Source: Entomortierella parvispora E1425
Lineage: Eukaryota > Fungi > Mortierellomycota
Length of the DNA: 64,000 nt
Direction: 5' to 3'
NCBI GenBank assembly: GCA_020891255.1
Contig: BQFW01000008.1
Coordinates: 372,001 to 436,000 of the forward strand
The translations under genes and the position numbers were made by a program. Positions 1-13,553 of the stretch are shown here, piece after piece. The number at the start of each line of letters is the position of its first letter. Position 1 is the first letter of the stretch. The notes beneath the pieces are model-generated. The model did no database searches, was not told the origin of the DNA, and saw only the letters and a list, made by a program, of their open reading frames with translations.

Positions 1-1041
1 AGACCAATTGACGGACACCGGGACGGTTCTGGGATGTAAGCGGTTGTATTTTGAGCGACGACATTATAAATGGAGCTGAGAAAACTTGTAGGGGAATGAA
101 AGAGTAATTTGCAAAAGAATCGGAAACAGCGATTGCTTTGAGATGACGAACAACAACTGGGAATGAAGGTGGGTGACAAATGAGATGAAGATGAAAGAAG
201 AAGAGATGAAGATGATGTTGCCGGAATGGAATGCGAAAGAACGAAACATGGAGAAAAAAATAGAAAAAAAGAGCGTGGGATTGCTCGCGTGTGGTTGGCT
301 GACGGCGATCGAGGGACGGACAGTCTGGACGTTTTTCTCCTTGGCCAATCACCTCGCCTGGGGCGCCTTCTCTCTTTCTTTCAGTATGGTCATGCCTGGT
401 CTACAGTCTGGTTGCAGGCAATGAATCAAGTTCCTCTCGACCCAATACTGGACTGCAAGGGATTAGCCCAGAGTTAGGGCAAAGACATGCTCATTAGGAA
501 ATTTGTCAGAGATAAAACGACTTCATAGCAATCTTTGACAGAAAAATGTTTGCAAATCCTTTTGAATCTCGTCTATCCAAAAACAAGAATCATGAACAGC
601 TCTGGGATGACACAACCCTTTTGTTGGACGATTTACATGTACATTGCCCTCTAATGTCGCCGAAGAGGCCGTATTTGCAGATGATGATGGGCAGTTGACA
701 ATGACTTTGTGGGCGTGGATGAAATAGAGAAATAAATGATGTAGCTTTTTTTTTTTGCCGGCTCCAAGAAGACCCAACCGCCTTTGAAAGTCATACACCA
801 GAGTGCAAATCAGCTTTATATAGGTTTGAAGACACCGTTGGTGGTTTTAAAAAGGACAAGAACAAAGTAAAGAATGCACGGGTGTCTGGTATGTGTGAAA
901 AGTGTGTTTGTAGAAAGACGATTTACCGAGCTGCACAGGTATGGAACAAGAGCTGTCCCATGTACAGGACCTGGCAGCACTCCATTTCTGTTCATATTGA
1001 CCGCCAAACATGCTCCTCGATCGACAGTTTGTTTATGACAA

Positions 1042-2541
1042 TTACGACCAAACCTAATCGCGAATAAGAACATAACCAAACAATCAATGGCCTTCCTCCA
1101 AGGTGAACACAGGCATATAAAAAAGATAAAAAGAAAACACTTACCCTGAGCGTCGTGTCCCAGCTTCCTGTTGCCATGGCCATGCCGTCCGAGGAAACAC
1201 CCAGGCAGGAGACGCGGTTTTCGTGGCCAACCAGCACTCCAGCACGCTCTCCCCGAAGCACATCCCACACGTTGCAGTTGAAATCATCGTAACCTGCAAA
1301 CAGCAATCGACCCGAGATCGAGAAAGCGACTGATGTGATTCCACAAAGGATATTGTCATGGGTGTAAATGTTCATCTCGCGATCCGCGCGAAGGTCAAAC
1401 AGACGGCATGAAGCATCGTCTGAGCCCGTTCCAAAAGCATCGCCATTGGGGAAGAATCTACCATGAGAACAGATGAACAACCACTGTTCAGTCAGCAGAC
1501 AGAAGAAGTCACTCATTCAGATATGCCTCCATAGCTCAAACTTACTGCACAGCATTGATGTCTGACTCATGTCCTGTGAAGGTTTGAACACATCGGCCGG
1601 ACCGAATGTCCCACACTTTTGCCGTAGAGTCGCATGCACCGGATACAAACAAGCGCTGATCCGGAGATATAGATAAACTAAGGGGGTTCATTGAAGTCAA
1701 GTCGGATAACGTCAATAGGGATGAAACGATGCTAATTGCTTCTCCCTCTTCCTTTTCTCCCCCGCGATTGCTATGGCGCCTGTTGCTGGATAAACAACGG
1801 AAGCAGTACGTGAACTTTGAGAAGCAAGATACACATACCTCATAACATCTCCTGTGTGATCATTAAACTCCATGATCCTGACACCTGCATCAATATCCCA
1901 CAGCAAGCAGCTCATGTCTCCACTAGATGTCAAGATTTGTCGGTCATTCAAGAATCGGCAGCATGAAAGATATCCTGTGTGTGCACTCAGCTCTCTAGCC
2001 ACCTTGGCGGATCCTTCTCTGGATCGGAGATTGTAGATGGAGCACATGTTGTCGAGTCCTCCACAGGCAACAAAGTTACCTGTGGGTGCATAGGCACAGG
2101 TCATGACCCAGGACGAGCGCAATGGGATGGCGTAGACCTTGTTGGTCGAGTAGGCGTCCCAGACAATCAGCTTGCCGTCCTGTGAGGCCGAGACGAGGTG
2201 GCGCTTGTCTGTAGCCCAGTGCATTGCATAGATCTTCGCAAGGTGTCCCTTGAGCACCCTGCGAACTCGAATTCCAATCCGGGTCACTGGCTCCAGCTCC
2301 TGGGACATGACTCTCACTATACCAGCGCGGCCAGCCACAAAAATAGTCAGGTCAGTCATTGCAATGGGACAAATGAGACAGTCTTTCAATTTTTTTTTCC
2401 CTTTCATGTGCTTCATTGACGGAACCATGACAACTTACATGACGCGTCGTTCAGAGCTGCCCTCCGCTCCCTAATCTTGTCTTTTAGAAATTCAGCCTCC
2501 TTACGCGCAATGGCGATGCGATCAGCCATGTCCGAGCTCAT
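1042..2541 (-). CDS. GPB1: Heterotrimeric G-protein beta subunit (WD40), spliced, about 5 exons
   Basis: [17 protein letters not shown]...[13 protein letters not shown]...[11 protein letters not shown]...[10 protein letters not shown]...GSWD. Exons join in frame at GT-AG sites and the last exon is VWS* at 1042-1053. Confidence 0.95.
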
Positions 2542-3985
2542 GTTGAAGTTTGAGTACGCTGGGTTCTGTACAGGAGGCGTTATGGAGTGGAGAGTGAGTT
2601 GTTGCTGTGCAGTACGATTGGGTATCTGTCGGATGATCAAGGCGGTTTGTTCAGAGAGAGGAGAGAGAGAGGAGAGAGAAAGAGAGAGAGAGAGAAAAGG
2701 AGAGAGGACGAGTGAAGAAATGGGAGGCAATGAGTTAGTGGCGAACTTCAGAAAGTATAAAAGATGATTCGTGCACATGCAAGAAAAGCTTCTTTTTTTT
2801 TTTTTTTTTGCTATGCAGGCGATACTGTGGGAGGAGAACCCAGCGCAACGGAAGCATATTGCCGAACGAGGGAGAAGGAAAGGGGAGAGGTCAACAAAGA
2901 GGGTTCAACGGGGGAAGAGGAGGAAGAGAAGGAGGAGACTCCGCTAGCGCCATTGCAATGGTACTACAATGGCATGGGCCATGCTATAGCGCGATGCATG
3001 TGAGTTCATGGCGGAGGTGGATAGTGGATAGTGCTGAAGGTCATGTTTGTACCATGAAGAAGAGGATGGAATCTGATGGAGGGTGAGAAGGTCGTACATA
3101 TCAAGGGCCAAGGGCGAGTACAGTATGCACGATGGGACCAAAGAAGCGACTGAGACCAGGATTGAATGAAGGAGTGCAGGAGGAGGGCAAATGCTGTGTG
3201 AAAGAAGAAGGAGGAGGAGGAGAAGACAAAGATGAAGGAGGGGGTGGGAAGATGGACACAAAGAGAGGAGAATGCAATGAGAAGAGGAAGAGGGACGACA
3301 AAGAGGGAAGAGAGGGTGGAAACTGAAGAACAAGGCAGAGAGAGTCCTTCCTTGGCCTAGACAGGCAGACAGACCGACAGCCAACCATGGTGAGACGAGC
3401 CCAAAATGTCATTTCTGCCAAGGTTTTTTTGTTTGTTCCCACCGACGTCCATTGGCCATTGTTTGTTTGGTGGCCATTCTCGTCGATGACAGCACTGTTA
3501 TCGTTGCCATCATCATCTTGACTTCTTCATCATCACCGCCACTCTCTGCCATTGCTCGTATCCACACCCTCATATATCCAGTCAGTAGCCCTTTCTTGAG
3601 CGCGTTTCTCCAATTCTCGAACCGTTGACCCCAACGGCCTCAGCTGTCGATGCGTGTGTATCATCCACCCGTCCCCCTTTTCCCCGTTCCCGTCTTATTG
3701 TCTCTTACTCTTTGCCTTCCTCTCTGGGGATAGCGGAATTGTGGCTCTCGCAATTTTATTTTTTTTTAGGTCCTTCTCTCCTTTCGTCAGGCAGACGATC
3801 CCAACCATTGAGCGAATTGTGCAAACACGGAGACAGATCGAAAGGGAGGAATTTCAGGAAACCAGGCATTCCCACAGAGACAGCCATTGCACTGTGGTTT
3901 CCAGGCGACCGAAAGACATCCAGCAACCTCAAAAACTGCTGTACTTGCTCATTGTCTCTTTTTCCTCCTCAAAGAAACATCGTTC

Positions 3986-6219
3986 TTACTCCTCCTTGCT
4001 CCATGGAGCTGATGCACCAACGCGGCGGTGGATCCTGACGGGCAAGCCGTTCAACATGGGCAGAGTCAAACTGATACCATAGGCGGGGACTTTGTTGGGT
4101 TCGGCAAGCTCGATCGTGAATCTCGAGAGGATCATCCCGATCCATGTCAACGCCTCGATAGTTGCGAACTGCTGCCCGATGCTGGAGAAAGCAAAGTAGA
4201 AAGAGAACCCTCTTTAGACGTGATTCTGTCATGTGTTTTTTTACTTTTTGGAGGGTCACTTACCAAACGCGAGGGCCAACGTGGAAAGAGTTGAACTTTC
4301 CTTGGGAAGGTTTCTCGGAATCGATCCAACGACTGGGCCTGTATTCCTTGGCATCTGGACCCCAGACAAGCTCACTGCGACCCATGACCCATGAGCTCCA
4401 CGTGAACCACTCGCCCTTGTAAATCTTTGTGCCATCAGGTAGCACATCATCTTCAACGCAGATTTTCATGTTTCGGGGAACCGATGGGTACAGACGAAGA
4501 CCTATCCATGCAAATCAAAACTCCTTAGTGTCAACCATCTAGCACCAAGCATCGTCTGTCACGAACACGGGCAATCCAGTAAACATTTACTTTCATAGAG
4601 ACTGTGGATGTTTAGGAGATGGGTGAAAAATGACGAAGTTGAAGAAAAAAAGTGCCTGTTAGACAAATGATCATGGTTGCTTTGTTGGCTGGGCCTTCTC
4701 CATCTAACCACGTACCAAGCCTCGGCAAACTTTTGTTGCTTATGACTCTCATAAGTGGGGGCGTTGCCTTGAAGGACCTCATCAATCTCCTTTACCAACG
4801 TTTTGTGAACCTCGGGATCGTTTCCTTCACGGTTGAGCAAATAAAACATCCAGGACAATGCTTGGGCAGTTGTATCGCGTCCTTTTCGTTTTGAAAGAGA
4901 GATATCATTGGTTATTCTTTCTCGCCGCTTCGCCACCATTCTTCTTACGACTTCGCCATTTTGCGTCAAAACAACTTGTACTTTGTCACATAAACGGACG
5001 CGCTCTCTAGATTTGAATACAGCGATAATAGCTTACCAGCGATGGTCATGTTCAAGATCTCGTCCTTCAAGAACTCGTCTGGGAACTGATTTCCATTTTC
5101 ATCTTTGGCATCAATGAACAGTTGCAGTAAGTCCTTGCGAGGAGCGTGGAATCCCTCCTTCCTGCGCTTCTCGATCAGCTCCAAGGCATATTGGCCGATC
5201 ACGGCCTTGTCAAACTGTGCCTTCTTGCCGACACTTGTTAAAGCCTCACGGATCTTCCAGGCCGGATCGACAAGGCGATCGGAACAGGTCGCAGTGAGGT
5301 CATCAAATGAAGTGGCAAACGCGCCCTTCTCATCCATGTTTTCCAGACATCCGAAACTCTGTCCGAACGAGATTCTGGATTGCAAGAGTCAGTGTACAAC
5401 AGTGAAATATAAGCGATTCGTTAGGCCCTTCAATGAAGGAGTTAGACTAACTGTGTGTGGATGAAGATGGAGAGATGGACAACAAGACTTACGTTCCAAA
5501 GCTGTCAAGGGTCATCTTGAGAAGGAGTTCGTGTAGGTCTACTACAAAGCCCTGGTCTGCAGCCTTGCCAAGATAATCACAGACCTTTTGGCCCTCGAGC
5601 ACGAATACATCGCTAGTGTACTCTGTCAGTATCCCAGAACAGATGAAGACAAAAAAAAATCAGAGCAAGACCTTTTGGAAAAGAAGAGAAAAGAAACCTC
5701 ATCCTCTCTCTCCCTTTCTTCGCCGTCTAATACTCTACCTCGGAAAGCTTTCACATTCATGATATGACTTGCAATCTTTCGCTGGTGTCTCCAAGCATGA
5801 CCATCGGAAGCAAAGATACCGTCACCAAACAAGTCTTTTATAGCCCCTTTCAACTTGGGGCCCTTCTCATAGCTCCAGAAGTTGCCCTTCAAGACATGCT
5901 CCACGTTCTCGGGAGTGTCGCCTTGGATCATTCGGCCGATTAATGGCAATGAAATGGACCAGACTGGCCCAAGTTCCTCGTTCTGCTTGACGAAAAATTC
6001 GTAAAGCTTGGTGCCGGGGATGGAAAGCAAAAGAGGCATATGGCCCAGAAGTGGAAGTGCACCTCGAGGTTGCTTCAGGTCTGGGCGACGACGAGTTCCG
6101 ACAGCGTGTGATCGGTAGTGGAAAAGGATCACGGCTCCGAGAGCGGCAAGCACCTTGAGGTTGTTGGTCCGGGTGGCCTGCTCGAGAAGGTTATGGAAGA
6201 GGGACGTGAGAGCGGACAT
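3986..6219 (-). CDS. Cytochrome P450, fatty-acid omega-hydroxylase-like (CYP52/86/704-type motifs), spliced
   Basis: N-terminal anchor, GDGIFASDG, AGRDTTA I-helix, ESLR (ExxR), RPSRW (PERF), and heme motif FHVGPRVCIG split by an intron. Ends PWSKEE*. Confidence 0.92.
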
Positions 6220-7301
6220 GGTTCTGTTGTTTTGCGTGAGAATCAGTGGAGTGGAGAGTAAATGGGTGTGATGGTGGTGGTGGTGGTGCGTGGGTATGGG
6301 TGGAAAGGGAACGACCAAGGAACTAGAAAGGAAGAAGGAAAATACGAGCGATGGCAGGATTTTTAAGTGCCTCTGTACCTTTGGTGGTCTCATCCTATCA
6401 GACATCGCGCTCACAAAAAAGAACATTGGCGCCTCGATCCTCCGAAGAAAAAGACTCGTACACCATGGACCCCAACCTGCTTGTTCACTATCCAATCTCA
6501 GTTCAGGGGTTCACTAGGGATGAAAAGATTAGAGGTTGGTTGGTGTCGTTCATTGTCTCTCTTTGCGCACAATTATTATGGTACTGCGCCTACCTCACAG
6601 GGCCCTGCCAGTCGCCTGCGCCCTGTAGTCAAAAACGTCCAGCCTCTGAATCGCAGGCGTGTCCAAAGTGCAAAATCGACAATCGCCTTTTGCCCATCGC
6701 CGTTGATCCTGAGTATATCCAGCTCCGAAAGACGTTCCTCAGTGCTGACATGACCGCGTGTGTTGAACAAAACACATCAAAACAAAACAGTATGAACATG
6801 ACTCTGATTTTTCATGTGCACAGGACGATGGACGAGTAGAAAGGTGCGATTGTCCACAGCTTCTCTTTTTGTTCATTTTGCGACCCAATTGATCTGGGCC
6901 TCGCTCTGCCCACATTCCCTTTGTGCTCTTTGTTTTTCTCTTCGGGATTTGCTCTCGCAAACGGACCTTGAACAAATATCCAACTTCCTTGTGAACATCT
7001 GCAGCCGTGTCCACCCTTTCGAAAATGTGCTATCAGTTGAGTTGTGTAAGCAGCACTGCCTATCAGTCAGACCCATCAGGCTCTGTGTTTGTAACCACGC
7101 CTCTTTGTTGAGTGCAGGATGCTGCAAGGTCTTTCTTTTTTCTTTTTTTTTAGCCGCTGTTCCTGATTGCGCTCGTGCGCAGAAAAGAGAAGAAAAAACC
7201 ACAGCGATCATCAGTCAACAAATATTCTACGAACGGAGATTCTCTGAAGGACAGCCTGGGATGAGTGCATAGGTGTTGCCAGTGGTACTATAATATATTT
7301 T

Positions 7302-8447
7302 CTATCCGTATTTACTATCCCTTTTCAGACCCCTCAGGACCTCATTGAGAAGCAGACCAGTGGGCCCTGGCTTGCCAATCTTTCGACGTATATTAAGAAC
7401 GCCTCCTGTCATAGAACTCATGGGGGAGCCAATGAACAATTCCGAGTTGGCCAAGTCCCACTGATCAAGCATACTATTGAGGGGAGACGAAACAAACGAG
7501 GCTTGTTAGGTTTCTGGGAGGGAGGCTCTGATGATCCCAGATGAATGCAGAAGGCTTACCCATGATAATCTCCAAATGCAGCTAGATGAAGGTACTTTTT
7601 CATTAAACTCCCATCTAATAGATCGCCAATACTAACTCACCCCATGCTTTTCAGTCCTGCAATGAACCTCGGATTTTCATCGTCTGTTGCGAAACAAAAT
7701 CGTTGGTTGATGCATCGCTTCATCTGTTCCCAAGTTGCTTCTTCAGCTAATTCTTCCTGTCGATTGCCGGGCGGTGTTGTCCAATGGATGGTGGATAAAT
7801 CGACTTCACAATCGCTTGTGGTATTGGACTGACCCCTGAATAACCAATTGGTATAGATGAATTTACGGATCATGGTCTGGACAGGTTCGCCCTTGGCCCA
7901 ACAATACTGCAAAAAGTCGCCCACCCGATGATGAACCCCTAGATATGGTCTGTTGCCGATCATTGCTTGGAATCTGGCAAAGAAATGATACTATTAGCTG
8001 TATTTTCTTGAGCCTTTGCTCTGGGGTTCCTCTTTTGATTTCCCACATTGACTTTTGGACTCCGAGTCGTCCATTTTTTTTTTTTACCGAATATTGTTGA
8101 GTCCGAGCCAGATGTGAACGTCGTAAACGAGGAACCGGTCAAAGAAAGGATATGGCCTTTTCTCGGTCTCTATTCTGCGAATGAACTTTCACAAACCACT
8201 ATGGTGGTGGTCGCTCAGGATCCCAATACGGTGTTTTGAAGCTGGAAAGGCGGCGATATCCTTCAGATTGCACCTTGTATGAAATAGGATCTGTCATTGG
8301 TTCTGGTGGCTATTTGGGTGGGATCTGTTCATCAATGTCGAGGAATACATGAATGATCCTGAAGAGAGCCAAGAGAGAAGCCAGGACCAGAAAATAGACA
8401 AGTCTTCTCCTCCTGAACATCCTTGCTAGCCTTCGTGTTTTGGTCAT
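7302..8447 (-). pseudogene. Degenerate GDP-fucose O-fucosyltransferase-like (GT-B) type II membrane protein
   Basis: N-terminal TM (RRRRLVYFLVLASLLALF), WLGLNNIR, YLGVHHRVGDF, FATDD and MLDQWDLANSELFIGSPMSSMT motifs. In-frame stops at 8310-8312, 8199-8201 and 7637-7639, frame breaks, and a shortened middle region. Confidence 0.6.
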
Positions 8448-9045
8448 GTTGCTGTGTCGATCTTCAACGATATCGTCCGAGAAGTCCTTAAACTGCAAGC
8501 GTTTTCGGAACGAAGCAACTGGGCGACTGGTTGTAAAGGTCCAAGAGCGGGAGGTACTGTCAAGCAAGAGAAGAGAAAAGGAAAAGAGGGGAGAATGAGT
8601 GGTTACCCGAAAGAGGCCAAAGGGCAAGAACGATTCAGGGCAACACAGACAGCTGTCAGTTTAATCGACCTCTCTTGAGGATAATGGGGTCAAGCGACTG
8701 GCCAAGGGACAATCAAAGATGCTCCACCATTGTCGAGAACGAGAGGACGATGCCTCCCCGAGGAGACACGACGACAAGCCAACGGCGTCATGAGTCGCGC
8801 AAGAGAGCAGCCCCGTCGCGTCGGCCACGCGAACGGTGGCTTGTAGTCCGCAGAGCGGTCGCGTCGACTGCGTCTCCCCATTCAAGTCCAGCCCGTGTTG
8901 CGGCATCTCCTTTGCACCATTGTCACCTTCTTCTTCAATCTCTCCATCTGCTTTAAAACCACTCGCCATCCGAGAGACTTGTGCATGATCAGCCCATCCC
9001 CAAGAGACCACCGTTCACCCTCCTAATTCATAATCGCATTCACAC

Positions 9046-12023
9046 ATGGATCCCGAATTATTTTTATGTAATGTAACTATGGATTGACCTTCTTGTTGGC
9101 CTGAGCTCCGTGCTGATCAGGCCCCGCCCAACTATTCCCTCTAACAATAGCGCACCAGGAGCTCTTGGTTCAACATGAACGCGACTTTGAGATGCTCGAA
9201 GTCCAGCGCATCTTTTCTGTCTGCACTCCCTCTCAGCTCGCCAAAAGAGGGCTCGCCGTACTTAACCTAACTGTCGTTGGCATGAGGACTGGAGCAGGAG
9301 GCAAGAGGTTAGTTCTCAAAAGTCATCGCGAGTTCTTATGAGTGTAGTCTGACTGAAAGATAACCGAAAGAACAGAGTGGCAGAAATGCACTAATATGTT
9401 CCTGCACGTCGTGATGTATTGATCAACAAAAAAAGCCTGGTAGATCTTGAGCTGTCCAACGCCACATCGACCAGTCCCTCACTACCATCACATCGCCTTC
9501 GGGTCGGAGATATTGTCGCATTAGAGGAACATGGAGCTGGAAGCAAAGGAAAGACTATGTCCAAGGATTGGAAGCCCAAATTGGACGGTGTCATCTTCCG
9601 CGTTACAGAAACGACCATCACAGTCGCAATTAAAGCTAGGAAGGAAGGGGAGAGCGAGGAGGAGATCCCAAAGGAAGTTCAGGAACGCTGTCGACTGTAA
9701 GTTTTTAAGAAAAATTGGAGAGGGATGAAAAACAAAATCAACTTCCCATGTCCGCTTGAGCTGACACGTTCTGCCACTCGCCTCCTTAGAGTCAAACTTG
9801 TGAATAATGTCACTTATGAAAGAATGCTCTCTCAGATGAAGTTCTTGAAGGGAACTCTGGCGCAGGCGTCAGCCAATAGTTTGCCTTTGGCATTGACAAA
9901 TGTTCTCTTCGGGAAGCAGGATCCAACTTTTGACAACACCTGGGAAAATCTTTCATCGGTCAAATTTTTGGACCCGACTCTGAATGCTTCACAGCAGGAG
10001 GCCGTTCGGTTTGCATTGGCGGCGGAACAGGTGGCCCTAATCCATGGCCCCCCTGGAACAGGAAAAACCTTCACTCTTGTCGAACTTATTCGACAGCTTG
10101 TCCTTCAAAAGAAGAGAATCCTCGTTTGTGGCCCCTCCAACATCAGTGTTGGTATGTATAAGGCGTGTGGTCTTCAATTTTTTACCCTTTGGCAGGGACA
10201 TCCAAACCTATGCCGCAACTGCTGATGAACTCGAATCATTTTGTTTAGATAATCTTGTGGAGCGCCTAGCAGCTTACCGGATGAGCATTGTAAGGACAGG
10301 ACACCCTGCAAGGCTACTCCCCAGTGTCTTAGAGCACTCTGTGGATGTTCTTTCTAGAACGAGCGACCAGGGTCGACTTGTGAATGACATTCGCGTTGAA
10401 CTGGACGAGACACTCCAAAAGATTCAAAAGTGCAAGTTTCGATCAGAGCGAAAGGCTCTGTACCAGGAACTGAAGCAACTTCGGAAGGATTTCCGGGCCA
10501 GAGAAAAGTTGGTGGTCAAGGAATTGATCCAGAACGCCAACGTGGTACTGAGTACTCTCAATGGAGCTGCGGCTAAAAACTTGTGGGGCGAAAAGTTTGA
10601 TGTTGTCATCATCGACGAAGCCACCCAGGCTTTAGAAGGTATGACTGGGATGCTGCCTGCCGCACTGTATCTCGATGAAATATTAGGCTGAAATATTGAT
10701 CTGTTATTTCCATCTTTCACCTTTACAAAAACTAGCTGTAAGGATACTGGATGAAATGGGTCACAACTAGTAATGTAACTGGTGTCATCATGTTTTACTA
10801 ATGTTTATACGTGATAATAGGAATGCTGGATTGCCATTGGAAAAGGCGCCAAGGTTGTCTTGGCAGGAGATCATCTTCAGTTGCCGCCCACGATTGTGTC
10901 AGAAGGCATCAGCACTGCTGCCTTCATGGCTGCAGAAACACTGGCGCTCACCAAGGAACTCAAGGAGCAAAGGAAGAAGGCTGCTAGGATTGGAGCATCA
11001 GCCTCGTTTGAGGTCCCGCCCCTGGACCTAGGACAAATTACCAAGGACAAAGACTATTCATCCTTCTTGCTTTCAACGACACTCTTTGTCAGACTTTTGG
11101 GATGCTTCCCCAAAGATGGTGCCCGACTGATCAAGAGAACATTGGTCACTCAGTACCGAATGAACGAAAACATCATGGCCTTTCCAAGCTTGAAGCTTTA
11201 CCAAAATATCCTTGTTGCAGACGATTCCTGTAAGGAGTGGCTTCTGAACGACCTTCCTGGAGTCAAGAAGGTCAAGTCTAGCTCACAGGAGGAAACCGAC
11301 GTTGATTACCCGCTAGTATTCTTGGACACCAGTATGGCTGGAATGCCAGAGGAAACGGAAGATCAAGATGGGGAAAGCAATGGAAAGGCGCCCATGGCTA
11401 GTGGGCCAGATGACAGCAAACTGAACAGAGGCGAAGCTTCAACAGTGGTCGACTATGTCAAGAACCTAATGAGCTCCGGAGTATCAGCGGAAGATATCGC
11501 CATCATTACACCCTATAGTGCTCAGGTAGGTCAACAAATCGCGTTGGCAGAGAGAATAACTGAGTCCACAGAAATCCTTCTTTCACGCATTAACGCCAAT
11601 TGGGTCTTTCGTCGTTCTCGCAATCGTAGAATGCCTTGCTCCGCCAGCTGTTAAAAGAGGACTATCCCGAGATTGAGATTGGCACAGTGGACGGATTTCA
11701 GGGACGAGAAAAGCAGGCTATTATTTTGACATTGGTTCGATCCAACGACGAGGGTGAAGTTGGTTTCTTGTCGGACAGGCGTCGTTTGAATGGTATTTTT
11801 ACAATTACATCTGACAGGAAGGCTCGATTTAAAACGTAACGCGTGCTGCCTTTACCTTCTGCTAATCCAAGTATGTCTCTCCTATCTCCTAGTGGCGATG
11901 ACACGCTCTAAAAGGCACCTGTGTGTTGTGGGTGACTCTGAAACTTTGAGCAAGAAGGACCCATTCCTCAAATCCTGGATGGAATTCCTTGGTGACCATG
12001 CTGATGTCAGATATGTGGACTAA
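9046..12023 (+). CDS. HCS1: SF1 DNA/RNA helicase, HCS1/SMUBP-2 (IGHMBP2) family, spliced
   Basis: [65 protein letters not shown]. The start exon (MDPELFL|SHQELL) is inferred. Confidence 0.92.
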
Positions 12024-12376
12024 GGCGCGGTTTTGTAATTTTAATTGTCATTGCAAGAATAAACCAATATGGATTGGACTGTACCACTCTGGAGTCCTAG
12101 AAAAACAGCACGATAACATGTGGATCAACGACATTCACAACTGGGCAGAGACCTTGGTGTATCACCCATACGCGTTGGAGGCAGATGTTCCGTTTATTCT
12201 CTTGAGAGGGCATATATGTAGAAGTTCGAAGTGAACCTTTGGGTGGCCAGTCTTCCTGGCCCTTCATTCATTGCTGTACTCAGCCGCAATGACCCTCGAT
12301 ATTGGTGGTAAAGGCATTTCATTTTCATTCCCGAGAATAAATTTCTCAGTCATACCCCGCTTCGCTTCGGCCGACG

Positions 12377-13553
12377 CTAGTTGCGACGCGTACCGTCGAA
12401 GCGCTCGCTCCACCTCCAACCTTGGGTGCTCGAGTAGACCGGGTGAATCTCGGTTCCGGCCGCGATGAGCGCATCCTTGTGTTTAGCCCAGATGGCGCCG
12501 TAGCGGGTGAAAGGCAATTGAGGGTACAAATGATGAATGTTGTGCAAGTGCTGGTTCAACAACGGAATGGCGAGGTTCAGACCATCGGATCGGAGAATAC
12601 CACCAGTGACGTTGGTCATCTTGTAGACATTGTCCTTGGCACTGAACTGGTGATCACCATCGGCGCGATGAGGCACGTAAGCAAAGAGCCACATCAACAA
12701 CCAGTAGGCCTAATGAACAGAGAGTGTGAGTAAGCGAATGAGTGCGTGAGAGGGCAAATGACACTATCAGGAGCGCTGGCTACGCCTCGAGCAGGATACT
12801 TACCGCGCGCTGGGGAATAAGCCAGTACTTGAGGACGTCCATACCCATCTTGTGCATCTTTCTGGTCATCAAGAACATGACAGCGTAGAAGATCGTGGCG
12901 TGATGTATCTTTGCGTTTGGAATCTTGCCCGTCAACACGGCCTTTTGCCAAAAGACATCAGGGAAGAACCATTTAATGAATCGCACCACCATTGGGCCTT
13001 CAGCATCCCATTTGTCGGGATCTCCCTCGGTGTTGGTGTACCGATGGTGCAACAAATGCAGCTGACGGTATGTTCCAAAGGGAAGGTAAAGTGGGACTCC
13101 AGAAAGGTATCCGACCAAGTTGTTGACAGGAATCTTGTACTTGCCCTTGGCGATCGACGAGTGCGTGCCATCATGGACAGGCGTGAACGCCGCAAAGATG
13201 GCCGCGGTCATGACAGGGAAGGAAAGCACGGATGAGAATTTCTTCTTGTAGGCGCCCCAGTAAAGGATCGAGGACCAGACGGCCAAAGAGCCCGCAGCCA
13301 CAGCGATTGTGGGCACAGCAATGGTAGGCGTCTTGAGATCCTCGGACGAGATCAGCGCCAAACGCTTGACTCGAGGGGTGGTCGAAGCGCCTTGGGTCTT
13401 GGACGCTTGGATGGCTTTAGTAGGTGTCAGGATGACCTTGACCACCTCAGGCTCATCCTCTACACCAGAGAGAGTATCCTCGATCTCCTCCTCTTCTTGA
13501 CCCTCAACCTCTACTTGAAGGACCAATTGAGCCTCCTCGTTGTCGACAGCCAT
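12377..13553 (-). CDS. Membrane di-iron desaturase/hydroxylase (FA_desaturase superfamily, CrtR-like), no cytochrome b5 domain, one intron
   Basis: Three His boxes HDGTH, HLLHH and HNIHH, plus LMWLFAYVPHR. An intron at about 12710-12803 joins PQRA|AYWLLM. Confidence 0.85.

Noticed and set aside
1-1000. Short ORFs at the window start and in the intergenic blocks 2764-3900, 37000-39400, 45700-46500 and 61300-62700
   Set aside because: They are low-complexity or motif-free and consistent with UTR or promoter DNA.
10740-10747. U12-type donor-like GTATCCTT matches (also near 8256 and 34983)
   Set aside because: All lie antisense to the local gene or inside coding exons. No minor intron could be supported.
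3986-13553. P450, glycosyltransferase and desaturase as a lipid biosynthetic gene cluster
   Set aside because: They are interleaved with a housekeeping helicase, the GT looks dead, and there is no backbone synthase.
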